From Minisyncoccia bacterium (lineage in GTDB: Bacteria > Patescibacteriota > Minisyncoccia > Phycocordibacterales > UBA2100), in NCBI GenBank assembly GCA_049297775.1, contig JBAQUX010000023.1, positions 18 to 64,017 of the forward strand: a DNA stretch of 64,000 nt, read 5' to 3'. The notes under the pieces are model-generated. The model searched no databases. It was given only the letters and a program-made list of their open reading frames with translations, and was not told where the DNA came from. Position 1 is the stretch's first letter, and the number at the start of each line of letters is the position of its first letter. Both the position numbers and the translations under genes were made by a program. Shown piece by piece: positions 55,181-64,000 of the stretch.

Positions 55181-56734
55181 TTAATGTTTGAAGTGACGGA
55201 TGTGTGTAAAGACCATAGCCATATCACGCTCGTCAGCAGCGGCAATCACCTCTACATCTTTCAACGACCCTCCAGGCTGAATAACCGCTGTGGCTCCTGC
55301 AGCATGCGCCGCGATGACACCATCCGGGAACGGAAAGAACGCATCACTCGCAAGGGCGCTTCCCTGAAGGGAAAGGCCTACATCATTCGCTTTGGTAACG
55401 GCAATGCGTGTAGAATCAATCCGACTCATCTGTCCAGCACCGATGCCAAGTGTCTGATGTTCATTTGCGAATATAATCGCATTTGATTTAACATGATGCG
55501 CAATTTTCCACGCAAATAACAACGCGCGCATCTCTGCTTCACTTGGGACTCGTTTAGAAACTACAGTGACATCTTCAACATGTAATTCTTTGTTATCTGG
55601 TGTCTGGGCAACGTAACTTTCTGCTCCGACACTACGTACACGAATAGTCGTATCTCGAGGGTCTTTACGTAAGACCATAAGACGTAGGTTTTTCTTCTTA
55701 GTAAGCACGGCAAGTGCCGTATCAGTAAATCCGGGTGCAATGATTACTTCAGAAAAAATTTCACGTATTTCGAGCGCGAGAGATTCGTCGACACACACAT
55801 TTACTGCAATAATTCCTCCAAATGGTGCCTGAGTATCTGTTGCAAATGCGCGCCTCCACGCCTCTACTGACGTGCTTCCTGTTCCTACACCACAAGGGTT
55901 CATGTGTTTAAGAATAACTACTGTTGGTGCCCCGTCTGTAAATTCGAGCATTATCTCAGTTGCAGCAGTTAAATCCAAAATATTATTATAGGACAATTCT
56001 TTACCGTGAAGCTGTTGGTAATACTCATTGAATTTCCCATAGAGCCCTGCACTTTGGTGAGGGTTTTCTCCGTAACGCAGCACTTGAATTTGTGGCGAAA
56101 ACACCGTCAACTCTGTGGGTATACGCGCCTCTGTTTCTGCAAAGTACCTTGCAATAGCTGCATCGTAGGTGGCAGTCGTTGCGAAGACTTTTCCTGCGAG
56201 GCGTATACGCGTTTCATACGTCGTACTCCCTGTTATGCCAATTTCTTGTAACACGTTCTTGTAGTCACTGGGGTCAACGACAACTGTAACTGCATCGAAG
56301 TTTTTTGCCGCACTGCGAAGCATCGCGGGACCACCGATATCAATATGTTCGATTATTTCTTCATGTGTTGCATCCTTTTTTGCACGCGTACTTTCGAATG
56401 GGTACAAATTTACCACCAGTAAATCAATTGGCGGGATATTGTTCTCTGCTACAGTACTTTCGTGACTTGCAACTCCACGCTTATAGAGTAGCCCCCCATG
56501 TACTTTTGGGTGTAGTGTTTTAACACGACCTTCAAGCATCTCAGGGTATTTGGTGTATTCTGCAATTTCTGTAACCGGTATGCCTGCTTTTGAAAGTGTT
56601 TGCGCGGTACCACCCGTTGAGAGCAACTCGATACCTGCGTCATGTAACGATTTCGCAAATGGAACAATGTCCGTCTTATCGAATACGGAGATGAGTGCTC
56701 TCTGTATGCGATATGGCGTATGTTCTTTTTTCAT
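55181..56734 (-). CDS. purH: Bifunctional AICAR formyltransferase / IMP cyclohydrolase
   Basis: N-terminal MGS-like domain (RALISVFDKTDIVPFAKSLHDAGIELLSTGGTA). C-terminal AICARFT domain ending ...VFTHIRHFKH. Start MKKEHTPY (56734); its start abuts the stop of the upstream gene. Confidence 0.9.
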   Translation of the reverse strand: MKKEHTPYRIQRALISVFDKTDIVPFAKSLHDAGIELLSTGGTAQTLSKAGIPVTEIAEYTKYPEMLEGRVKTLHPKVHGGLLYKRGVASHESTVAENNIPPIDLLVVNLYPFESTRAKKDATHEEIIEHIDIGGPAMLRSAAKNFDAVTVVVDPSDYKNVLQEIGITGSTTYETRIRLAGKVFATTATYDAAIARYFAETEARIPTELTVFSPQIQVLRYGENPHQSAGLYGKFNEYYQQLHGKELSYNNILDLTAATEIMLEFTDGAPTVVILKHMNPCGVGTGSTSVEAWRRAFATDTQAPFGGIIAVNVCVDESLALEIREIFSEVIIAPGFTDTALAVLTKKKNLRLMVLRKDPRDTTIRVRSVGAESYVAQTPDNKELHVEDVTVVSKRVPSEAEMRALLFAWKIAHHVKSNAIIFANEHQTLGIGAGQMSRIDSTRIAVTKANDVGLSLQGSALASDAFFPFPDGVIAAHAAGATAVIQPGGSLKDVEVIAAADERDMAMVFTHIRHFKH

Positions 56735-56735
56735 A

Positions 56736-58097
56736 TTACCAATTAATTTCAAACGATTCCTTCTCTTGTGGGGCAACTGTTTCAATCCCCATAAAATCAT
56801 GTACGCGTTGTGCCAAAAATTGAGCAGCGCGAGGTTCACCCATAATTACAAAAACTTTTTCTAGAGATTTTTCTGACTGCCCGATAAAATCCATTAAGCC
56901 ATCCCTGTCTGCGTGCCCAGAATACCCATGGATAGTCTCAATTCGCGCACGCGCCTTTACCCATTCCTCCCCGAACTTCAACTTCTTTTGTCCTTCTTGT
57001 ATGCGCCTACCTAATGTACCTGGCGCTTGGAAACCAACAAACAAAATTGTGGTATTTGCGTCACTAATGAGCGCCTGCTCATGGCTCACTACTCTCCCCC
57101 CAACAGACATCCCAGAACCAGCAATAATAATTTTAGGATTGTTTGTATGCTGAATAAGTTCTGACGAATGACCGTTTTTGATAATCGATAGTTTTGGAAA
57201 AGCAAAGACGTCATCTCCTCCTTGAATTTGTTTTTTTACGACATCGTTAAAGTGTCTCGTTGCCCCTTGATATATTTCGGTTGCTTTTGCGGCAAGCGGT
57301 GAGTCAAGAAATACTGGAATTTGTGGAATTTCTTGTGATTCAACCATGTTATTAATCTCGAGCAACAGTGACTGCGTTCTGTGAACCGCAAATGACGGTA
57401 TGAGTAAGCATCGCTTGTGCGCAATTGTGTCAATAATAATATTTTTGAACAACTCTGTACGTTGCTCCCTGTCATCGTGCAACCTGTCACCGTAGACACT
57501 CTCAGTAACCATAAATTGCGCATCGGATATTGCTTCTGGATGAGGCAAGAGCACGTCTGGACTATTGCCGATGTCACCAGTACACACGAGCTTCTTTCCG
57601 TGACGCACAAAGTGCACTGCGCCAGCGCCTAGGATATGACCCACTGGAGTCATATGAGCAACAACACCATCCTTCAAGTGCACCTGCTCGTTAAATGAAA
57701 TTTCTTTCCAGAGCGACAAAGCTTTTTGTACATCTGCATGCGTATATAAAGGCTTAATGCCATATTTTTTTTCATGGTCTTCAAATATTTTTAGCGAGTC
57801 TTCGAGTACCAGTGCTGCTATGGCTTTGGTCTCATGCGTAGAGTAAATGACCCCTGAAAATCCCTCGTGTGCAATTTTAGGCACCCGACCTACGTGGTCT
57901 GCGTGTGCATGAGTAATAAAAAGTACATCCATAGTGCTCGGGTCATATGCAAACTTCTCAGCGTTTTTTTCATCAGTTTCTTCAGATGATCCTTGATGAA
58001 GCCCACAATCAACGAGTATTTTTTGTGTTTCAGTTTCAATACAAATGTTTGCGCCAGTTACTTCCCCTGCCCCGCCGAAAAATGTAAGTTTAGCCAT
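56736..58097 (-). CDS. MBL-fold beta-CASP family hydrolase (RNA-metabolising metallo-beta-lactamase, RNase J/CPSF-like)
   Basis: FFGGAGEVTGANICIETE..., HAHADHVG (HxHxDH), beta-CASP insert and C-terminal His motif (GHADRD). 453 aa. Confidence 0.75.
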   Translation of the reverse strand: MAKLTFFGGAGEVTGANICIETETQKILVDCGLHQGSSEETDEKNAEKFAYDPSTMDVLFITHAHADHVGRVPKIAHEGFSGVIYSTHETKAIAALVLEDSLKIFEDHEKKYGIKPLYTHADVQKALSLWKEISFNEQVHLKDGVVAHMTPVGHILGAGAVHFVRHGKKLVCTGDIGNSPDVLLPHPEAISDAQFMVTESVYGDRLHDDREQRTELFKNIIIDTIAHKRCLLIPSFAVHRTQSLLLEINNMVESQEIPQIPVFLDSPLAAKATEIYQGATRHFNDVVKKQIQGGDDVFAFPKLSIIKNGHSSELIQHTNNPKIIIAGSGMSVGGRVVSHEQALISDANTTILFVGFQAPGTLGRRIQEGQKKLKFGEEWVKARARIETIHGYSGHADRDGLMDFIGQSEKSLEKVFVIMGEPRAAQFLAQRVHDFMGIETVAPQEKESFEINW

Positions 58098-58098
58098 G

Positions 58099-58677
58099 TT
58101 AATTTTTAGTAGTAATACGTCCTAACCAATAGGCGAGCACTGCCCCTCCCGCATCCATACAAATATCCTTCCCGGTATCAAGAGTAAAAAATATATTGCT
58201 TTTATATACAATTTCAAACACCTCCCAGACCAAACCCACCACAAGAACGATGAATATCATCGCCCACAATGGAAACTCAGGAATAGTATTCGGGATAAGT
58301 ACGTTGATCATGTCCTTCCCTATTAAAATACCCAGACCTGTCGCGAGTCCGCCGAGGAAATGCGTCACCATATTCAAAAGTATATCGATGGGCATATTGT
58401 AATAGCGCATTTCGAGCTGCACCATTGCATACGTACACATAAGCGTTGCAGAGCATAGTACGATGCGTAAAATCATATATACAGTATAGCATTCTGTATT
58501 AGAAAATAGCACCTGCAAAAAAATGACGACGTAAACAAAATGCCTCACGATGAGGCATACTGTTAACTGGGGGCATTCCTGGAAAATCCAGGTGGGTGGC
58601 CGCAGTGGAGTACCAAGGTACCACACGATATGGGCCTCCCTATATATTGAATACGAGGAAATACCCCACAGCTTCAA
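58099..58677 (-). CDS. Hypothetical membrane protein (start uncertain; likely internal Met near 58473)
   Basis: C-terminal ~125 aa has 3-4 TM helices (LGGLATGLGILIG; LWAMIFIVLVVGLVWEVFEIV). The upstream 60 aa overlap a structured putative terminator/promoter region and are probably not translated. Confidence 0.35.
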   Translation of the reverse strand: MKLWGISSYSIYREAHIVWYLGTPLRPPTWIFQECPQLTVCLIVRHFVYVVIFLQVLFSNTECYTVYMILRIVLCSATLMCTYAMVQLEMRYYNMPIDILLNMVTHFLGGLATGLGILIGKDMINVLIPNTIPEFPLWAMIFIVLVVGLVWEVFEIVYKSNIFFTLDTGKDICMDAGGAVLAYWLGRITTKN

Positions 58678-58704
58678 TTAGTATATCACAGAGGGATGTT
58701 GGTA

Positions 58705-58917
58705 CTACTTTTTAAATGAATCTTTTTGACTCCCACCTTTGCCATCCTTTTTTTCCTGCACCGTTTTTACTGCTACACCACCAAACGCAATGAGTACAAT
58801 AAAACTAATTATGTAGAGAGAGAATGGTACATGTATTCCCTTTCCTTGTTCCGCCCTAAAGGAGACCGTGTCTGATTGTGGTGCGAGTCCTGCAGAAAAT
58901 TCATTTACTTTGTCCAT
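58705..58917 (-). CDS. Small membrane protein, hypothetical
   Basis: 70 aa, one TM helix (IISFIVLIAFGGVAV), Lys-rich C-terminus. Confidence 0.3.
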   Translation of the reverse strand: MDKVNEFSAGLAPQSDTVSFRAEQGKGIHVPFSLYIISFIVLIAFGGVAVKTVQEKKDGKGGSQKDSFKK

Positions 58918-58931
58918 ACGTATATAATAAA

Positions 58932-59525
58932 TTAATATCCGAGACGCTTGTAATCAAATATTCTGTCTGTTCCTTCAAACCAATGCTCAATCTCATGCGC
59001 TGCTTCCTCTGGAGTCTCTGACGCATGCAGAATGTTCATAACTGCACGCTTTTCAGCATTGGCAATCGCTGCTGAATCTGCAGAGAAATCTCCGCGAATT
59101 GTTCCCATGTCTGCCAGTGATGGCATGGTAGGGCCTGCGATTTTTCTGACCATATCAACGGCGTGTACTCCTTCCACAACCATGCGTACCAGTGGCGCAG
59201 ATGTCATGAACTCAAGAAGCCAGCCGCGAACCATTTTGCCTAATTCAAGCGGATTAGCAGTGCCCATTTCTGTTTGAGCATCGATGCCATACTTCTCGTA
59301 GATAGCAAGAGTCTTCTCACCTAAACGCTGTATCCACGCCTCAGTCTTTGGATAATGATCATTCATTTTATCGTACGTAGGCATAAACATCTCAAGCGCC
59401 ACGATTTTTAGGTCACGCCGCTCAAAACGGTTAATTATTTCTCCAATGAGTCCCTTGCGCACCCCATCAGGTTTAATAAGTACAAATGTCTTTTCTTCTT
59501 TTAATCTTTTTGCTGTATGTGACAT
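58932..59525 (-). CDS. ndk: Nucleoside diphosphate kinase with C-terminal extension
   Basis: FVLIKPDGVRKGLIGEIINRFERRDLKIVALE (NDK signature IKPDGV...RGL.G.I..RFE), followed by the active-site His region. 197 aa, longer than the typical ~140 aa. Confidence 0.75.
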   Translation of the reverse strand: MSHTAKRLKEEKTFVLIKPDGVRKGLIGEIINRFERRDLKIVALEMFMPTYDKMNDHYPKTEAWIQRLGEKTLAIYEKYGIDAQTEMGTANPLELGKMVRGWLLEFMTSAPLVRMVVEGVHAVDMVRKIAGPTMPSLADMGTIRGDFSADSAAIANAEKRAVMNILHASETPEEAAHEIEHWFEGTDRIFDYKRLGY

Positions 59526-59576
59526 AGAGTGTTAAGTCGATTATGTATAACACCGTCAGTGTAGCGAGAAATAGTG

Positions 59577-60626
59577 CTATTGGGAAGGTGTCGTCATACC
59601 CTTAGTTTCCTCAGCCCGTTTAATCATAGTTGTGGTGTACACGTCCAGATTTGGACCAATAGCCTTTTCGGCAAGCTCAGCATAGTAACTATACATAATG
59701 TGCGGAAACGTTTGTCGTCTCTCAGTTATTGGATTATGTGTGGTTGCATACATTGCGAGACATCCGAATCTGTCTTCAGGGTCTACATCAAGTGATTCGC
59801 TGGCTTTCTGAAGTTGAAATTGCTCAAACATCTGGAGAAATTCTTCTCGTAAATTGAGTGTAAAAATACCCGCGACATCTTGTGATATTTCAAAGAACTC
59901 AAGAGGAAGAAATTTTTCGTCAACTCGTGTCCCCACAAACCCCTCACCTATCCCGTTTAAATCGTGATGGGCGTTCACATGCATAAAAGCTGCGTCGGTG
60001 ATAAATCGCTCGCCATCTTTCAATAGCTGTACATATTCTTCTTGAGACGGCGCGCGTCCAAACTGCCGCTGAAAAATGATTGGAATACTTCGTACGAGCC
60101 CCCAAGAATATTTTGATGCTGTGTTGATACCGCCAATCAAAAACGCTTCCATCGAGTTTACGTCCGCCTTATCTTCTGTAACCTCACGTATTTGTTCACG
60201 TAAATGGAGCACACGATGCGTTAACTGCTCATATGTATATTGTCCGAGAGTGGCATTTTCATGCTGAGCAGCTGAGAAAACCCTTCGTGCAACGTTCGCA
60301 AACGAATTTTGAAATGCAGCGCTTACTCCTGCAGGATCAGATTTCATGCTTTCTACAATCTGTTCTTCATGCATCGGTATGCGTATCTGAGTTCCGGTAT
60401 ACCAGGCGCGGCGCTCTCTATCACGCGCAAGTAATTCAGTAAATTTTGGACCGAGTGATTCAAGTACTGCCGCACCAATTCTATACATCTCTCGTTTAAT
60501 ATCAGTCGCTGACCTTTCACGCATAGGCTTCATCGTATGAGGGAGCCCGTCGTTTAAATCTTTTTTAGCTCGCAATAACCCAGTTCCGTGAGTAGTCCCG
60601 ACATTAAGGCGATCACGCTGTTTCAT
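59577..60626 (-). CDS. Hypothetical protein (349 aa), co-oriented and adjacent to the large ATPase
   Basis: No recognised motif. 12-nt spacing to the upstream 946-aa ATPase gene suggests co-transcription. Confidence 0.4.
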   Translation of the reverse strand: MKQRDRLNVGTTHGTGLLRAKKDLNDGLPHTMKPMRERSATDIKREMYRIGAAVLESLGPKFTELLARDRERRAWYTGTQIRIPMHEEQIVESMKSDPAGVSAAFQNSFANVARRVFSAAQHENATLGQYTYEQLTHRVLHLREQIREVTEDKADVNSMEAFLIGGINTASKYSWGLVRSIPIIFQRQFGRAPSQEEYVQLLKDGERFITDAAFMHVNAHHDLNGIGEGFVGTRVDEKFLPLEFFEISQDVAGIFTLNLREEFLQMFEQFQLQKASESLDVDPEDRFGCLAMYATTHNPITERRQTFPHIMYSYYAELAEKAIGPNLDVYTTTMIKRAEETKGMTTPSQ

Positions 60627-60638
60627 GCAAGCACTATA

Positions 60639-63479
60639 CTAGAATCTAGCAAATGGGTCCATCATGCGTGGGTCGGGAGCAGCTGGCATGTACCGTGCCT
60701 GAATTTCATTTTCAACCTCAAGTCTATCCCGACCAAACGTCTCGTATGCATGCTTTTTGAGCGCTTCAATCTGATGATAATCTGCATCTTTTGGTGGCAA
60801 TGTCTCCATGTTAAATGGCTTTGCAGGATACCCATCTATAAGGAGTGAGAGGTACGCGTTTCTATTCTCAAGGCCAGTAATATCTTTTGCCATAAATTCA
60901 GGCTTGAATGTTTTCTCAAGAAATTCTGCGTCTTCGACACCCACGCGGAATACACACTTGGTGCCGACGTTACCAAACACCGCGTCGCGAATTTTTTCAT
61001 CTAGTTGTTTAATGAACTGGTGTGCTACATGGAGCGCGAGACCGTACTTACGTGCTTCTGACAAAATGGTTGAGATTGATGGAGTCGTAAAGTTCTGGAA
61101 TTCATCGATGTATAAATAGAATGTAGGAAGCTTGCCTGGTTCACTATCTGCGCGTGAGAGTGCAGCTTGAGTAATTTTCCCAACAATAAAGAGACCCAGA
61201 ATACTTGCGTTCATGTCACCCAAACGACCTTTCGAAAGGTTAGCAAGGAAAATTTTCTTGCCGTCCATAATCTCACGGAAGTTAAATGATGAGTGTGGCT
61301 GCGCCAGTATTGGACGCATAATATCGTTTGCCAAGAAGATGTCCGTTTTCGATGTAATGTACGGCACGACGTTTTCAAGTGATGCTTCCCCACCAGCCTT
61401 CTCGGCTACTTCAACCCAAAACTGATTGATGATTGGATTTTTACACTTTGCGATACAATCTTTTCTAAAACGAGAGTTAGACAAGACACGAGGAATGTCA
61501 GCAAGTGTTGCGGTTCCTGGCTCCTGACCCTCAAGAACAAGCATCGCTCCATTTCTAAAATATTGTTGAAACATAGGTCCAAGCGACTCCGGGACTGAAC
61601 CAAAAAGCTTCTCAAAGATACTGAATATTTCGTTTACAACGAATGTTTTTTGCTCAGGATAATTTGGGTCATACTCCATCATGTTGAGGCCCATCGGACG
61701 GTCCGCGTATGCAGGGTCAAAATAAATGACATCTTTATGACGCTCTGGAGGAATTGAACCCAAGATATCAACGATATCAGAACCGTGCGGGTCGATATAG
61801 CACACTCCATCGCCATTCATAATATCTTGCACTATCATGTTTTTAAGGAGTGTTGATTTACCGGTACCAGTCTGACCAATAGCGTAGAAGTGTCTTAGAC
61901 GGTCAGATTTTGGCCCAGGCTGACCACCAAACTTAATAGGTATATTACCACCACCAAACTTGTTTACACCAAGTGTGATGCCATTATCCGGCATACCCAC
62001 AGGGGCAGGTGATTGCTTTGCTTTTGAGAACTTCAATTCACGTGAGGTAGAGACTCCAGTAGCAGTTAAGTGACACATGGTAGTGAGCTCCGCAATAGAA
62101 AGAGGTGCGATACTATTTTGTGAAAATGTTCTGAAGGTGAATGCACGGACAAATTCTGACAATGCCCTCCCCTTTACTAACTCGAACGCAAAGTGGTTCC
62201 CTTGCGCTTCATCAAACTGGTTAAATGTGGAAGCAATCGAATGAACAATTTCATCTGCGCGGTGCTTATCTTTCGCAGAGGCGATAATGCGTATATTTGT
62301 GGGAACAATGCGACTTGCTGCTTTTGCGGTGATTTGTTCGACTGAGACTTGGTCAATAGTTTTATTGTCATCATGGCTTGAAAACATAAAACTTTTCAGT
62401 TCGTGCATCACGAGACCTATAAGCGAATCTACTTTTTTAATCGCTTTTTTTGCAGAACCACCTTTACGCACCTCATCAAGAATTTTTTTAAACCGATAGT
62501 TATAATTATCGCCTTCGTTACCTATCACAAACTGTATCGCCGCACCTTCACCATGTTTTGCCATTTTTGAAAACGACGATAACACCACGTTTAGTGGGTC
62601 ATGCTGAAAATGTTTGTAGAGCTTTATCGGGTACGCAGGGTGGTTAGCGAGATGCGCATAGGCACCAGACTCATGTCCGTCAGGATGGAAAATATTGTAA
62701 TCATCTTGTACTTCAGTAATACGAGCTCCAGGGTAAATCGAAAGTAGATGCTTCTCAAATGTTCCTCGTTTTTCTTTAGGCACACTCACATAGAAGACTA
62801 CTTCCTCAGAACCTTGAGCTACTGCCATCTCGACAGTAAATATATTCTCGCGTGACGAGCGGTCACCTTCTGCCATTGACCGCATTCCTGCAAAAAATTG
62901 CTCCATCGAGTTTAATATTTTTTCTAGTTCAACTTGTTTAGTTTGATCGTCGCGGTCACTAGAAATTGAAACCTCAAACAAAACCATGTGGAGTGAGCGC
63001 CACACTTCTCCTTTACCTGAAAGACCTCTCGCAGGAAGGCCTTGCGCAATATATTGCACAAGGACACGATGGAAATCATCTTCAAGGTGAGAGCCAATGC
63101 GAGTCGCGATGGCGAGCGCGTTTTTGATTCCTTTCTCTGTCATGAGCTTTATAAGCTCATCTACCTGCACATCGTGAGTTTCTTTTTTGAGTCCGAGTGC
63201 CATACCCGTTGATTCGTACTCAGGTACTGCATATTTTGGCGCAAGCACTTCATGTGTTGGCTTTGCAGCATATTGCTGAATTTCATGCTGAATAATTCTA
63301 TGGGTATCAGGAGATGAAGGACCGGCACCAAGCGCTTTCTCATGAGCGTCTATACGTGAGCGTAAGTACTTTAACTCTTCTTCCATTGAAGAAAAATGAG
63401 TTGGGCCATGCTGAGGAATTTTTTCTGACATGCTTCTAGTATACCGCGCAAAATATTTCCTGTACCGCTCCCTGTACAC
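60639..63479 (-). CDS. Large P-loop ATPase with C-terminal VirD4/TraG/TraD-like (AAA_10/TrwB-type, HerA-FtsK superfamily) domain and ~520-aa N-terminal extension
   Basis: Walker A AIGQTGTGKSTLLKNM, Walker B FYLYIDEFQNF, coupling-protein motif RKYGLALHVAHQFIKQL (TraG/VirD4 R.YG....Q...QL). No TM helices. 946 aa. Possible start MSEKIPQ (63431). Confidence 0.6.
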   Translation of the reverse strand: MYRERYRKYFARYTRSMSEKIPQHGPTHFSSMEEELKYLRSRIDAHEKALGAGPSSPDTHRIIQHEIQQYAAKPTHEVLAPKYAVPEYESTGMALGLKKETHDVQVDELIKLMTEKGIKNALAIATRIGSHLEDDFHRVLVQYIAQGLPARGLSGKGEVWRSLHMVLFEVSISSDRDDQTKQVELEKILNSMEQFFAGMRSMAEGDRSSRENIFTVEMAVAQGSEEVVFYVSVPKEKRGTFEKHLLSIYPGARITEVQDDYNIFHPDGHESGAYAHLANHPAYPIKLYKHFQHDPLNVVLSSFSKMAKHGEGAAIQFVIGNEGDNYNYRFKKILDEVRKGGSAKKAIKKVDSLIGLVMHELKSFMFSSHDDNKTIDQVSVEQITAKAASRIVPTNIRIIASAKDKHRADEIVHSIASTFNQFDEAQGNHFAFELVKGRALSEFVRAFTFRTFSQNSIAPLSIAELTTMCHLTATGVSTSRELKFSKAKQSPAPVGMPDNGITLGVNKFGGGNIPIKFGGQPGPKSDRLRHFYAIGQTGTGKSTLLKNMIVQDIMNGDGVCYIDPHGSDIVDILGSIPPERHKDVIYFDPAYADRPMGLNMMEYDPNYPEQKTFVVNEIFSIFEKLFGSVPESLGPMFQQYFRNGAMLVLEGQEPGTATLADIPRVLSNSRFRKDCIAKCKNPIINQFWVEVAEKAGGEASLENVVPYITSKTDIFLANDIMRPILAQPHSSFNFREIMDGKKIFLANLSKGRLGDMNASILGLFIVGKITQAALSRADSEPGKLPTFYLYIDEFQNFTTPSISTILSEARKYGLALHVAHQFIKQLDEKIRDAVFGNVGTKCVFRVGVEDAEFLEKTFKPEFMAKDITGLENRNAYLSLLIDGYPAKPFNMETLPPKDADYHQIEALKKHAYETFGRDRLEVENEIQARYMPAAPDPRMMDPFARF

Positions 63480-63526
63480 AAAAGGCGCACTATTTGTGCG
63501 CCTTTTTTCTACTCTTCTAGAGTGCG

Positions 63527-63949
63527 TTAATATACGTACATTGATTGTGACGTCACTACTTCATACGGATATACAGTGTTTTTTATACTAATAGTATATG
63601 TTCCCGGTGAACTGTAATAGTGCGTGTAACTATTATATTGATACCCACATGCTGTTGTACCCGAGTTTGGTGTCGAAATACTTGTTGTTTGCCCGTCACC
63701 ATATTCAAGAATGAGTGAACTTGGAATTGAACACTGGGAACCGGCCGTTGGAGTACGTGCGGAAACATTTACCATATACGGAGAGCCGGCGTATCCATCC
63801 GATGTAACAGTAAGAAGTGCCGTAAAGCTACTGCCACCACCACCCGATGCGGCACCAATAGTAAATGGGCTACTTTCACGAGTCGCAAGGATCTGTGAAC
63901 CTGATACCTGCTGACAGTATCCCCAGCAATAATTGTATGGTGTATACAT
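63527..63949 (-). CDS. PKD-like domain secreted protein, C-terminal portion
   Basis: LILEYGDGQTTSI...YTHYYSSPGTYTISI matches the PKD motif; Gly/Ser/Thr-rich. The N-terminal limit is uncertain near the window end. Confidence 0.45.
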   Translation of the reverse strand: MYTPYNYCWGYCQQVSGSQILATRESSPFTIGAASGGGGSSFTALLTVTSDGYAGSPYMVNVSARTPTAGSQCSIPSSLILEYGDGQTTSISTPNSGTTACGYQYNSYTHYYSSPGTYTISIKNTVYPYEVVTSQSMYVY

Positions 63950-64000
63950 AATTGCACGGATTACATATTGTCTCCCCGGAACGATTTGCGAACTACAGAG

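Overview
This 64 kb window reads as a gene-dense, ~45% GC chromosome segment of a small-genome bacterium, most consistent with a Patescibacteria/CPR-like monoderm; that placement is an inference from gene content. The rest of the window is mostly short secreted or hypothetical proteins plus housekeeping genes. The main content is:

- **Type IV pilus operon (1-7971, minus strand):** a complete cluster of pilM-pilN-pilO-(small gene)-pilB-(REC response regulator)-pilT-pilC-pilin, with comFC diverging from it on the plus strand.
- **Duplicated two-gene cassette (8754-9723 and 21586-22718):** a membrane-anchored peptidoglycan-binding protein followed by a membrane-anchored helix-hairpin-helix (ComEA-like) protein. 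Both copies sit among secreted PG_binding_1 + PKD-domain paralogs.
- **Barnase/barstar pair (12774-13501):** a secreted ribonuclease with its inhibitor.
- **Three tRNAs:** tRNA-Ser(GCU), a second Ser-like type II tRNA whose anticodon reads ACU (unusual), and tRNA-Ile(UAU).
- **Polyamine / aspartate-family cluster (28104-36684):** agmatinase-like, carboxynorspermidine decarboxylase and dehydrogenase, asd, aspartokinase, homoserine dehydrogenase and a SpeA-like arginine decarboxylase.
- **Housekeeping genes:** recG, ftsH, infC-rpmI-rplT, purH, ndk and an archaeal-type short purA.
- **smpB followed by a recognisable tmRNA (ssrA, 40987-41402):** the tmRNA 3' end is embedded in an unusual long inverted repeat with an inverted partial copy of itself.
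- **Unidentified GC-rich structured non-coding region (39200-39520)** between ftsH and a MYG1-family gene.
- **Sigma factor with an atypical N-terminal extension (43484-44962)**, next to an HExxH protein and a large surface protein.
- **An ApbE / FMN-binding pair, a K+ channel, and a 946-aa VirD4/TraG-like P-loop ATPase (60639-63479)** with no other T4SS components in the window.

No CRISPR array, transposase or integrase was seen.
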